Positions 18,781 to 34,017 of a DNA stretch of 64,000 nt are shown here, piece by piece. The position numbers and the translations under genes were made by a program. The notes beneath the pieces were generated by a model. It saw only the letters and a program-made list of their open reading frames with translations. It had not been told where the DNA came from and ran no database searches. This DNA comes from the human T2T-CHM13v2.0 reference genome, Homo sapiens. Where the stretch lies: the NCBI RefSeq assembly GCF_009914755.1, contig NC_060926.1. One strand, given 5' to 3'. Within the stretch, counting starts at the first letter, position 1, and every line of letters begins with the position of its first letter.

Positions 18781-21700
18781 TGCTGAGCTACGTGCTAAGT
18801 ATGCTGTACGCAAGATGTCTTTGAGTAATTAATCTCCATAAAGCACATGAAGAATTATTAGTAGAGAAAATACAAATAAATTGGTAAGCATTAAGGTATT
18901 TTAAAAAGCATTAAATGTTGGAAAGAGGGAAAGATGTAAGTACAAAGATCTCGGGTTGAGTCTCACCTTTACTATATCAGATAAATCTCTGAACCTTTTT
19001 GATCCCCGATTTTATCATGCAAAAAATTAGGGTTAATAAGAATATTTACTTCACAGGGCTATGTAAATGACTAAGAATAGATATCACTTTACAAACTATA
19101 AAGTGCTACTCAAACAAAAGTTTATGATCCAGGGCTGCTTACTTTGAACTTCTAAGGTAATTTGTATGTGTTTATGTGTATATATACATGTATACTTATG
19201 AAAGAAAAAAGTTAAAAGCAAAAATATAAACTCAGTCTAGCTCATGTGACTACCTATAATTCATTGTGAGCTTTATTTTATTCTCTATTGGAAACTTCAG
19301 GAGAGAACTATTATTCATGAATACAAAATTTCAAAAATAACAAAAGCTTTTTGAATTCTAGAGAATACCTGCTCCACAAGTAAATTAAAGGCGGGAGCAG
19401 ACAGAAAGCTTAATTATGCAAGGTCAGTTATTTCTTTCCCAAACATGGATTCACATCTGTTTAAAAACAAGGCCTCAAAACCAAATAAAGATTAATTCAG
19501 TGTAGAATATATCAAACTGCTGCAGTTTTTGATTTATCAGAAAGCTCTATCAAGCCTAAAATTCTTTGATTGTAACATAAAAACTCTAACGGATTGAAAG
19601 TACTTTATTAATCAATAAAGACAATCAGTGCTAAAGAAAAATTAACAAGTATATGTCTGTATATTTTAATTCTTCAAAAATGATACACTTGAATGGAACA
19701 TAAACAGTAAATCTTAATTAACCAAAATGAGCAACTGACTACACTACTAGATATCAGAATTGACTATTTGTGACTTAAAAAAAAAAGATGCTTCAACATT
19801 GTTGTATTATGGAAATATATATTTTTACTTCCCTGGAAACATTGGGGAAAGTAAAAGGAAGACTGTTTGATAAAAGTAAAGGGTCTCCAGGAATCATACC
19901 TGAAAGACAAGGGAAGGGGCATCACCATTAGATGATGATGCCCTAACGGGAGGGGTAATGAGATTGTTCAGCAGATCCGGGTATTAGTCAGATTGCATCC
20001 CAAGTGATATGCTATATGCTTAAATGTTGAGAAAAACCTCTGCAATGATTTGGTATTTATCTTAAAAAATGTAAATTAGTACTCAAGAGCAGAGAAATAT
20101 CAAGTTGATAACAATTGTTTAATTCTTTTTTTCACTAATTTAATCAACCTACAAAACAAAATGCCTCAAGGGAAACTACCAGACTAGCTTTTTAAGCATA
20201 CTTCTCACAGTCATGATAAAAGAACACTGATTTTAATAACTATCTCTGCCTTCACCTAGATTAATATATATTCATGACATAAACAATGTACATGAAGAGT
20301 CAATTTCCTAAAAAAAAAAAATAAAAAATAAAAAAACCAGGGCCAAATCAGTTTCTCCTTTGGTGACATGCAATGCTGGGATAAATTAGCTTAGTTCACA
20401 GCACTGCTTTCAGCCATGCTAAGGGATTAATATAACAAAATTAAATTAAAGCACTGTTTCATTTCTATAATTAAAAGAAAAGCAATTAACCCAGGCAATT
20501 ATTTAAATATTGGCTTGCTACATGATTGACAGCTATGCTTCAAAATAAACTGCCATCTTAGATGACACAGACTCAAAATGTGCTAGTTTGCGTGCAAATG
20601 AAAAACTGCAAAACAACTTGGACAGCTTTCAGTAAAAGTAAGAGAAGCTTTAAAAGAGATTACAGATCCTCTTTTAATAAATACTTAAAAGGGTCTACTA
20701 ATAGACTCTTTCTAAACAAATCAGTAACCAGTAAAGCTGTACCCTTTTCAAAGGCAGTCCCACTTTTCAAAGCCCTTATATTAGTGGAATGTAGTCTGAT
20801 ATGGGGAGGGGGAGGAGGCTGGAGAGCACCAGCATCAGAGCTGTCTGTTTCTGCACCTGTCTGAAACAGAAAGGCGGTGTCCCTTGGGGAGAAACATGCC
20901 TAAAATAAAGCAAAACCCCAAACCTTATCTAAGTTTAGACGATAGAGTTGTTTGTTCTTCTTAAGAGGAAAAAAAGGGCATATTTAACAGAAAACCAAAA
21001 CAGAAAACAAATATGGTATCTCTAAATAAAGATAAAGGTATTCATCTAAGTACAAATTAGTTATATATACACAATTACAATATGCATTCTGAATAACAAT
21101 AAGGAAGGTCTTCATATTTAAAAATGAGTTCCAAGACATAAAGAAGTAGATAGTTCAATCTACTTAGATTTGGTGAAGTGATCCAAATGTAGCCCAGAGA
21201 TCCTAAAGAAAAAACGATGCTCATGTGTTACAAAACAAAATTTTAAGGCAATCAGTGAGGAATCACAGACAAATTTCCTTAGTGCTTTTATCAAGGTTGA
21301 ATCTGAATATAAATTACTAGAGGAAAGCAAATCAGATTTCACATCTGAAAATTAAAAACAAAATTCTTAGCTACTATTAACTGGCAAAAATATTATGCTT
21401 AGAACCTAAGCACATCTGTTAAAGCTAATAGAGTGAACTTTAGGTGCATTATTTATTCTAAGACACACAAACATGCACCTTAACGGTTTTAGCTTGGTTA
21501 TGTATCCACACTCTTTTCAGGAGATAGTGGCAAATGAGATGTGTGTCCCAAGGTACACAATTCATACAATTCATTCTAAATATAATTTAAAACATCTGTT
21601 CTTAGTGGAACTGTCAATTTCCCTTATCTTCCAGGAGCTTATTTTTTCCATTGACGTAATCAAAATCCCACTAAAGCAACAAAATACACTATTCTGTAAG

Positions 21701-22259
21701 CCTTTTGGATCAGAAAAGGTTAAGAACATCAGAGCAAGCCAGGAGGCAAGTATGTACCTAATGGTAATTCCTAGTGAATTTGTTCTTTATTTTCAGAAGA
21801 ATCCTTAAATGTAGTAAAAGGGAAAGTTCAAAAATTTCTCCAGATAATTTACTTGGGTGTTTCATGTATGTGACTGTACCTGATGCATGAAGTTAGATTA
21901 TCTTTAGAGATGTAGTCCAATTCTATAACTTTACAGAGAAGGAAATTAAAGCTCTACTGATTAAATAATTTAGCCAGTTCACACAGTAAGTTAATGGAAG
22001 AATTAAGACTAAAACTGAAGCTCCTGAATCCTAGTCCCTCCTCCACAATACCACACAGTCTAAAAAGTTCCTGTGTGGCTTTAGTATTCCAGCAAAAGTA
22101 CATGGGATCCATAATCAATTCCTTTATCAATAACTTAAAAATTATTATACAGTCTATCAAATCCTTTATCCTTCAGCTTCTCAGATTAATAAGTAACTTT
22201 GATAGTTGCAGAGAATACATCTTCTCTGGTCTTCTGAGTTACATCTGTTTCCTCGTCAT

Positions 22260-22376
22260 AAGACAGGGTTGTGCTATGTGGCCCAGGCTGGCCTCAAACT
22301 CCTGGGCTCAACTGGGCCCAGCCTCCTGAGTAGCTGGGACGACTACTCAGGAGGCACGTGCCACTGTGCCCAACTT
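22260..22376 (-). mobile_element. FLAM/Alu monomer
   Basis: agacagggttgtgctatgtggcccaggctggcctcaaactcctggg. Confidence 0.8.
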
Positions 22377-22708
22377 TCATACCATTCTTGATGAAAGCTT
22401 GGAGAAACTGACATTCTAACACAGGAGTCCCCACAGGAAGCCATGAACCTATTTATTGTTACCTGGGAGGTGACACCTGCTATATATCCATGCCAGCTCT
22501 TTCTGCCTGCTACAACTGGCCCTCTTCCCTACACCAGCCTTTACAACCAAACACACTGGGTTTCTGAGAGAGGAAGTTAACTACTTTTAAAAAAGTTAAC
22601 TATTATGAAGGTTAAGGACCTTAAGAAAACACTGCACCAGATGCATTTTGAAGGTAGTATTACTCTATGCATCCAGTTCACAGCATTTCAAATGGCAGTT
22701 TTTGATTT

Positions 22709-23041
<333 letters not shown>

Positions 23042-23805
23042 TGATGATCCTTTTGTGGTGTTTTGTCCAACTTTTTTTTTTTCTAAATCTGAACTGGACA
23101 AATGTTCAACTTTTGAACATAACTTCTAGATGCTGAGCAGCACACACCTTGCTGAATAACAGATGACTCATGCTCACAATACAGTCTTCTCTCCTTGCTA
23201 ATATGTTTATAATTTCACAAATATTCTTATATTTCTATCATATACCAATTAAGTAATTTTCAAAGTATGGTTCGTGGATTCTTTCAGGGGTGCAAAATAG
23301 CACACAGTTTTCAAACAAGGTGTGATTTGCCTTTTCACAAAGGTTGCTATTTGCCCTGAAGGTATAAAAGCAATGCTGACTAAAACTGCCGGTGCCTTGG
23401 CACAATTCAGGAACCAAACTAAGAATACAATGGTATTCTTCACTGTCATACACCTGAACTAAAGGAAAAAAACAGAGACAGTTCCACTTACAAATGTTCT
23501 TGATGAAGCAATAAAAATGACTGATTTCATTAAATCTTGACCCTGAGTAACACATCTTTTTATTATTCTGCATGACTAATTAGGAAGTATGTAACAAGCC
23601 TTTCTCCACATGCTAAAGCATGTCTTGAGGAAAAGCACTTCTAGAACTGAGTTGTGAGCTGAACTAGCAGCTTTGTTCATTGAGCTCCAATTTTACTCAA
23701 AAGTCAACTGGGTATTTGGTAGACATTTTCTAAAAAATGAACAAAGTGAACTTTTTACTTCAAAGAACACATCTGACGGTATTTGTGATAAAATTTATGT
23801 TTTTA

Positions 23806-24160
<355 letters not shown>

Positions 24161-24782
24161 ACTTGGATCTGCCAATTTGCGCTTCACAGCTTCCCAGTAC
24201 TTACAGACTTTTCTGATGAGATCAGTGGTAACAGCAACAAATTTGTTTTTTTAAAAAATATTCTATAAGGAAATATGCCAACATTTAAAAGATCTATGTA
24301 ACTCAGTCAGTATTTTCTAAGTTATAAAATCATGCATGAGTAAAAGGCAAGACAGACCAATGGATGTTAGTGTTCAGAGTATAAAATGTTCATTGATATG
24401 GTTTCTGATTCCACACTGCAACTAACCTTTAAAAAACTTCCACTTGTTTTGGCAGATTATTAAAAAAGAATGGCCTCAATTATTTGAAAAGGCTACTAGA
24501 ATATTCCTCCCTTTTCCAACTACATTTGTATGTGGCTGGATTTTCTTCTTTACGTAGTTAAATCAAAACAACAATGCAATATATTTAAGGCAGACGCGGA
24601 TACAACTGTTTTCTATTAAACCAAAAATTTAAGAGACTTGCAAAAATGTAAAATGCTACTTTTCTCATTAAATTTTTTGTATTAAAGAATATAGTTATTA
24701 TTCATAAAAATGTTACGTTATTGTGGAGTGGGTTTATTGTTATTTCTTTAATAAAATACATGTTTTTTAAACATTTGTTTTA

Positions 24783-25034
24783 GGCTGGTCGTGGTGGCTT
24801 ATGCCTGTAATCCCAGCACTTTGAGAGGCCAAGGTGGGAAGATCACTTGAGCCCAGGGGTTCGAGACCAGCCTAGGCAATATCGAGACTCTGTCTCCACA
24901 AAAAAAAAAGTTAGCTGGGCATGGTGGTGCATGTCTGTAGTCCCAGCTACTCAGGAGGCTGAGGCAGGAGGATTGCTTGAGCCCAGGATTCAAGGCTGCA
25001 GAGAGATATGATCACACCATTGCACTCCAGCCTG
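24783..25034 (+). mobile_element. AluJ, 3'-truncated
   Basis: Alu consensus ending at gcactccagcctg. Confidence 0.9.
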
Positions 25035-25639
25035 ATAAAAAGCTCTTTAGAGCCCTCAATAATTTTTTAGAGTATAAACAGGTCCTGACACCAAACAGTC
25101 TCAGAACCACTGTAGTCTATGAAGAGCCTGAGCTTGTAAAGAAAGGGAGGTATATACAAGGTGGCAAAAGGGCTTCAGAGCAGGCAGAATGGAGTACAGT
25201 CAGGCAATCTCGGGCTCAGTTCCAACTTCATCCATATATATAGCCGGTCAGCAACCTCAAGCAAATTTATTTGAGCTGCAATTTCCTCTTTACAAAATGG
25301 GACCAACTTATCAACCTCAGAAGGGTTACTATGAGGATTACACTGTGTAAGCAGCATCGAGTATATGTTACAATGCTGGGAACAACGTTATATCATCAGT
25401 ATCTCTACATATTAAACATCCACTCTCAAGAAATGGTCCCAAGAATTTGGGGCAGCAGTAAAATCTAGTTAATCTATCATGTTATCGCAGCTGTTTCAAT
25501 ACCTTCAGATTTTCTTTTTTTTTTTCTATGAAGTAGAAAATGAAAATCTAGATAATGCAAAGAGGTATCAGGATTCTTTTCCTGCATGAAAAGCGACCAG
25601 TGAGCTTTCTGAAAAGGCTTTCGATTCAACATTTCTTTT

Positions 25640-25929
25640 GCTGTTGTTGTTGTTTGAGATGGGAGTCTTGCACTGTCGCCTGGGCTGGTGCACAGTGGCA
25701 CGATCTTGGCTCGCTGCAACCTCCGCCTCCCAGGTTCAAGTGATTTTCCTGCCTCAGCCTCCCAAGTAGCTAGGATTACAGGGGCCTGCCACCACACCTT
25801 GCTAATTTTTTGTATTTAGACGGGGTTTTACTATGTTGGCCAGGCTGGTCTCAAACTCCTGACCTTGTGATCCGCCCGCCTCAGCCTCCCAAAGTGCTGG
25901 GATTACAGGCATGAGTCACCACGCCCGGC
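25640..25929 (-). mobile_element. AluS with TSD cgattcaacatttc
   Basis: Reverse-complement Alu; direct repeat on both flanks. Confidence 0.95.
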
Positions 25930-27479
25930 CTACGATTCAACATTTCAAAGCAAAAATTTTATCCAAAAGATCTAGGATTGGGGGTGGGTGGGTGTGAGAG
26001 AGGACACTGAAAACAAGGGAGCCCTAATAAACCACAGAAAATGGTGCGAACTAAAGACAGTAAGAATGTTGAACTGTAGTTTTAAAAACAGCTAATATAA
26101 CGGCTATGTGTAAGAAAACCTTCAAATACAACTAGCTGCTTATAACTCAAACACACTTACTAGCACTCAGGTTATTACAACTATTTGCATTCTACTTTGC
26201 CATACCATGCAACTTATCTTTTTGTACCTATATATATTTCAGTTTGCAAACACACACATGCTTTGAACTACTACAACACACTGTGATATTACCTCAGATG
26301 TAAGCAGCTTACAATCTTCTCATTTTGCTGATCATCTCTTATGTCTAGTTTAAAAATAAAGTAAAACATGCATACCCAAGCATAATCCCAGCAGAAGAAA
26401 AATAAACAAGTTTATCTTAAGTAGTAATTCACTTGAATACCATACTCAATTATAAACTTAATGTAATTTACAATCAAATTGCTATTTGTATTAATAATTC
26501 ATAATACAATAGAAGTTCTCTATTCTCAAAATATATTTTCAGTATACTGAGAAACAGTAGCCACTTATAAAGTCTACTCAGGGTTCAGCACACAGCAAAT
26601 GTGGAAATTTGGCAGTGTTGTTTCCTTAAATATCAGTTTGGGTGCACCAGAAAAGATTTGGGCTGGGTTTACTGGAAAGCACAGGAAAGTCTGTTATTAT
26701 AGATGCGTCACTGGTAGCAGTTTCCCATTGGAAAGTTTGGTCACCAATATTCAGGTCATTCTCAAACCCCTCATGTACGATTTTGTCTTTTCCATACTTA
26801 ATATCAGCTAGGAAGCTTTTTAAAGAAAAAGACTGATGACAAAAGAGAAAAAAGACTACCCTAGGGAGTGTCCTACAAGAACAACTCGATATAAAAGAAG
26901 GCCACAGGCATTCTGGAAAACAGAGGTGACTGCTTCAATGTTAGTAGTCACCACTCAAAAGATGGACTTATTTTTAAGTAATTTAAACAACAGACTAAAG
27001 CTCCAGAAAAGCAGAGAGACTTAATCCATCAGAATTGAAACTAAAGGTGAGGAAAATCAGCTTCTCTTATTTAATCTCCCCCATCTGTACCCCATGCGGG
27101 CAGGCTGTGTCCTCACTTTATTGATGAGAACAACTAAAGCTCTGAGGGGCTTGAAGTCATGTGACAGAGTAATTTTGGAAGCGAGGTCTCTTTGAATCTA
27201 TGCTCTTTCCCCTCTACTATTCTAGAGCTCCAAATTATTAAGTACACTTTTTCTGCAAATAATCAAATTTACCTGGAATTACATTACAAAAAAATTTCAG
27301 ATGAATTCTGCTTATAATTAGGGAATAATAATTTATGGGATTTTGCAGCACAGATTTCTAACTAGTAAAATTCAATAAAGTTTTTATTTATATTTATCTT
27401 ATTATTCCTAGAGATCTTGTGATGATAATAAACAATCATTTATAGCTCAGATAATGTGCTTTGCTGATATGGCAGATAG

Positions 27480-27660
27480 TATCCTCAGCTGCTCACTTAT
27501 AGGATTAACTCACTTAATGCCCCAAGTAATCCTAAGAAGATGTTATTATCCATCTCATTTCACAAGAGGGGAACTGAGGAATAGAAAAGTTAAGTAATTG
27601 CCCTAAAGGGACACAAACTGTAAGAGGCAGACAGGCCTCAAACCTGGGCAATAGGGCCCC
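27480..27660. mobile_element. MIR remnant
   Basis: catttcacaagaggggaactgagg...aagttaagtaattgccc. Confidence 0.65.
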
Positions 27661-27716
27661 AAACTTCTTAATATCAGCAATTACTCATTAGAATTAAGTT
27701 TTCTAGTCAACAGTTA

Positions 27717-27899
<183 letters not shown>

Positions 27900-28099
27900 C
27901 TAAGATATTGGGCACTTATCCCACATGCTCAAAAGAAAACCAGCCCATGTCCAGGCCTCTATTCGTAGAAAGGAAGAGGGGGCCTTCTACCACTCTTGCC
28001 ACCACTGTCTTTGGACCAAGACAATTTCAATATGCCCTTTATCTGTTTATGTAACTTATGAAAAGCCCCTGACTCATAGGTCACCCTTCATTCCACACT

Positions 28100-30410
28100 C
28101 TAATTCCCATAAGGAACACAATGTCCCCTGGTATGTCCTCTTCTACCTACATACCTCCTGAAAGCCTTTCCCCTGAAACACTGTCTTCCCTGATCGTTCA
28201 CTTATCTTTTTGCTCTCATAGAAACCGGGCTTTCCCTGAGGATATCGCTTCCCTACAGAAGCACAGATAATTTTTTTCTCCCATAACCCTTGCTCAGAAT
28301 GGGGTAAGTGGACTCCATGTATCTCATTGCCATTTCCAGACCACTTTTTTCCTCTCCTCTCTGAAAATCCTCAGGATCAGACTGTTTTGTCCCTTACCCC
28401 TCCTAGTAGACATCTAATTGACCCTTAGGTAACTAGCCCCATCCTGGAGGATTTCAGCTGCTGGTTTACTGTCACCACCTAACATATTTAACATACTTCT
28501 GCCTCAATTCTTTGGGTTTTCAATATCTATCTACCTTGCTTCAGCTGCTCCTGTGGTCAGACTCTAGACCTTGTCATTACAAATCACCGCAACCCCCTAA
28601 CCACCAACCCCTCTCTTTTCAGCTCACTTCCTCTACTTCCCTGACTCCAAGAAACTTCTGACCCTATGAGAACCTACAAGCCACTGATACTACAACCTTC
28701 ACTACCACCATGCCCTCACTTCTTTCTTAACCAGTTAAAATCCCACAGTCCTTCATCTTAAGCACTACTTTGCACACACCTCAACTCCCTACCCTGCCTC
28801 TCACATGTCACACTCTGGAAGAACTGGTTAAAGTCAATCTTCTCCCCTTTCTCACTCCTACATCTGTGCAGTTGAACGTATCTGAAGAGAAACATACCAT
28901 GTTGACTATCCTCACTTTAATTAACGACCACCAACCTCAAAAAGGCTACTAACAATGCTCAACAATCATAACACCCTTCCCTAGTCTATCCATTATGCCA
29001 CTGAACCATGTTAACCATTCATGTCTCCCTGTTCCTCAAACTTCTGATGCCAGCTCTTTCAAGCTCACACATCTTGGTGACTGTGCTTCCTATTTCATAG
29101 GGAAAAACAGGAGAAATCAGCTTGTTTCCCCCTACCACCTCTATCTATGCAACAGTACCTGGACCATGGGTTCCACCTTCCCTCCTGTTAGTGCAAGTGA
29201 ACTGTCCACACTCCCATCTACCGCCAACACCTCCACTTAAGCAACAGAGCTCCCCCTTACGCATTCGTGAGGTCTTGCTCCTGCAAATGTCTCCTGTCAC
29301 TCCCACACCATCAGTCATTCCCTACTAGAATATTCCCATCAGCATTTGCTATAAACTGAACTTTTGTGTCCCCACCAAAAAATTCATAAGTTGAAACCTA
29401 ATCCCCAAGGTGATCATACCAGGAGGTGGGGCTTTAGGAGGTGATTAGTTCATGAAGGTGGGGTCCTCACTTATGATATTAATGCCTTTATAAAAGCAGC
29501 CCCAGAGATGCCCTTGCCCCTTCCACCATGTAGGAGTGCTTCTGTGAAGAATCAGTCTTCACCAGATACTGAATCTGCCAGTACCTTGATCTTGAACTTC
29601 CCAGCCTCTAGAACTATGAGAAATAAAGGTCTGTTGTCTATAAACCACCCAGTCTACAGTATTTTGTTATAGCAGCATTCAAACCTGCTACTATTTTCCC
29701 CAACTTAAAAACCAAACCAGATCAAACAAAATGAATCCTTCTCCTCCTCAAGCATCCAATCTACTTCTTGCCCCTCTGCAACAAAACTCCTTGAAAGAGT
29801 TGTTATATACTGTCTCCTAATCTCTTCCTCTCCTTCTATGTTGAACTATTTCTAATCAAGTTCTCGCCCCTACCACCTCACTAAAATGGTTCTTGTCAGA
29901 GTCAAGAATGACCTTCACACTGATAAATCCCGTGGTCAGGTCTTGCTTCACTTGACCACCCAGCAGCACCTGACCAGCCATTTCTGCCCTCCATGAAACA
30001 CACTCTATATGGCTTCCAGGTCACCACGCTCTTTTTTTTTTGGACTCAGTTCTATGCTATTCTGTCTCAGTTTCATTTTCTGGTTCCTTCTTATCTTTCC
30101 TATCTCTTAAAATAGTCTCTACCTACATGTAATTTTTTTGGTGATCTCATCCAGTCTCATAGCTTTAAATACCATCTATATCCTGGCAACTCCCAAATTT
30201 ATATCTGGTTTCAGGCCTCTCCCCTGAACTGCAGACATACATACCTAACCACCTACCTGATTTAGACTGTCTAACAGGCTTTTCAGAGTTTGCATATCCA
30301 TAGACAGACCCCCTCAACTCTTCAAATACATCATGCAAAATTTTTGCTTAGGGCCTTTGCATCTACCGTTCCTTCTGCCTGGAACATACACCTCCAGCTA
30401 CAGAGCAGAC
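28100..30410. mobile_element. L2 remnants interrupted by an MLT1A LTR
   Basis: C/T-rich degenerate L2 motifs (ggtgatctcatccagtctcatagctttaaataccatcta). Confidence 0.65.
29347..29676 (+). mobile_element. MLT1A-like MaLR solo LTR
   Basis: tgctataaactgaac...gttgaaacctaatcccc...ttcccagcctctagaactatgagaaataaa...ttgttatagcagc. Confidence 0.85.
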
Positions 30411-30419
30411 TCTCCATAA

Positions 30420-30734
<315 letters not shown>

Positions 30735-31209
30735 TAAATAGTTGTTTAAAGGATGACTTGTACAGTTGTTCTATGAATTCATTATGTGTATTTATCAGCT
30801 TTAAAGACCATGCACACTGTAAGCATGTATAGTTATATTCCTGGTCAGGAATACAAGATGCAACTTTATCTCTTCTATATCACTTGATGCACAATGTATA
30901 TAAATTCAAAGTAAAGCCGCAAGTTGACCAAGACTCTCTTGCATTACAAGCCAGCTGTAGTATTCATTATGGGCTCCTCCCCAGAAGCATGTCTCTGGAA
31001 TGGAGGCACCCCTTCTGCTGTGGTTGGAATTAAGAAGCACCACCGGAGCAATAAAGATTTGCTACTATACCTAATCACAGTCTAAGAAAGAGGTGCTCAT
31101 TGGCATAATGTAGATCAAGAAAAACATCAAGTAGACAGATAATGCTAAAAAACAAAGTCCTCAGGCTGAATGCAGGGATGACCAGAGGATAGCAATGAGA
31201 TACAGCATT

Positions 31210-31882
<673 letters not shown>

Positions 31883-31906
31883 GGTATGGCATTTAGAACA
31901 AACACA

Positions 31907-32205
31907 GCCAGGTGCAGTGGCTTTCCTTTGTAAACCCAACACTCAGGGAGACTGACGCAGGAGAACTGCTTGGAGGGCCAGGAGTTTCAGACCAGCCTAT
32001 GCAACATACTGAGACTCCAAATGTACAAAAATACTTTAAAAATTAGCCGGGTATGGTGGCAGATGCCTGTAGTCCCAGCTACTCAGAGGCTGAGGTGGGA
32101 GGATTGCTTGTGCCCAGGAGGTCGTGGCTGCAGTGAACTGTTATTGCACCACTGCAGTCCAGCCTAAGTGTTAGAGTGAAATGCTGTCTCCAGAAAGAAG
32201 AAGAA
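31907..32205 (+). mobile_element. AluJ
   Basis: Diverged Alu consensus. Confidence 0.9.
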
Positions 32206-32489
32206 ACATAAACAGAGATAAAAAGTGAAAAATGAACACCTCCCAAAACAGGAAGAATATAAGGTTATTTATCTCCCCAAGACCACTTGCCCTATTTTGA
32301 GGGTTCCAAGATCAAGATGAAAAACTCTTAACTTATTCAAGAATTGAAGGAACTGCAGAGACAGCTTTTCCAGTGGAAAGAACCAAAGCCTAAGTCAGAC
32401 CTGGGTGTACATCCCCAAGGCTCTCCTCTCATTCTCCTCATGGCTTCATTCGAGTTATTTTTTCATAGGCAAAATATGGTTATTTCACC

Positions 32490-32650
32490 TATCTCAGTGT
32501 AACCCAAGTGTACCTGATCATAAAAATAATCTGGAGTGCTTGTTAAAAACCATTAAAGGTTCCCACGTCTCATCCTAAGAGGGAGACTGGGAGAATGTAG
32601 CCTAACAAGCACCCCAGGTGAGTCTCATAAGACCAGTTGTGCAAACACTG
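32490..32650. mobile_element. MER5-like remnant
   Basis: ctggagtgcttgttaaaa...aacaagcaccccaggtgagtctc...gcaaacactg. Confidence 0.6.
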
Positions 32651-33008
32651 TTTTACCTTAGTCATTTCCATAGAGAAAAATTAAATTTATGATGTGGATG
32701 AAGAAGGCATATTGAACATCTCTGTCAGTAAATACTTTGGAGACTTCTGTCTCTCACTTACATTTTGCTGTAGCTTACAAAAGCATTTATTTGGATGATT
32801 CCTCAGCAAGCCCTGAACTCTCACCCATGATCCAATCCTTGGAAGCCACTCTCAAGAAAGATTTTCAATGGTTTCCTAACTGCCAGATTCACTCCCCTCA
32901 TCAGGCCTGTCTTCACAAAAGCCACCGTTGTGGCCAGCTCCTCATTCTGGACATTTTTCTTTCCTGGTTTCTACAGGACCAGTCCCTCCTGGGTCCTCAT
33001 CTATCATT

Positions 33009-33299
33009 CTTTTTTTTTTTTTTTGGGGGGACGGAGTCTTGCTCTGTCGCCCAATGGTACGATCTCTGCTCAATGGCAACCTCCGCCTCCCAGGTTCAAG
33101 CGATTCTCCTGCCTCAGCCTCCCAAGTAGCTGGGATTACAGGTGCCCACCACCATGCCCAGCTAATTTTTGTATTTTTTAGTAGAGGTGGGGGTTCACCA
33201 TGTTGGCCAGGCTGGTCTCGAGCTCCTGACCTCAGGTGATCTGCCCGCTTCAGCCTCCTAAAGTGCTGGGATTATAGGCGTGAGCCACCGTGCCCGGCC
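33009..33299 (-). mobile_element. AluS
   Basis: Reverse-complement Alu; flanking ctca(t/c)ctatcat repeat. Confidence 0.95.
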
Positions 33300-33680
33300 T
33301 CACCTATCATCCTTATAGTTTTCTATCTATAGAGCAGGCATTTTCCTGTTTGTACTACATGTTCTACCTAGATGGTCAATGTCTACAGCTTCACCTCCAT
33401 CTATAGTATGACAGCCCCCAAACCTGTACAGGATTTATAGTTCACCATCTCTCCCCTATCCTAGTTCTGCATCTTCAGCAGGATCTACTTGTTATCACCA
33501 TAACAGGCTCAGGAAACTTCTTTCCCACAATCTATTCCTGCCACTTAAAAGGGTAGCCATCCATCCTATTACCTAACATTTAAATCAGACATCAACTCTT
33601 TGTGCTCCCTCATCCTCTACATTTAAACAACAGCCATGTACTCTTAATTCTATTTCTGAAGCTTCTCTTAAATCTTTTCT

Positions 33681-34017
<337 letters not shown>

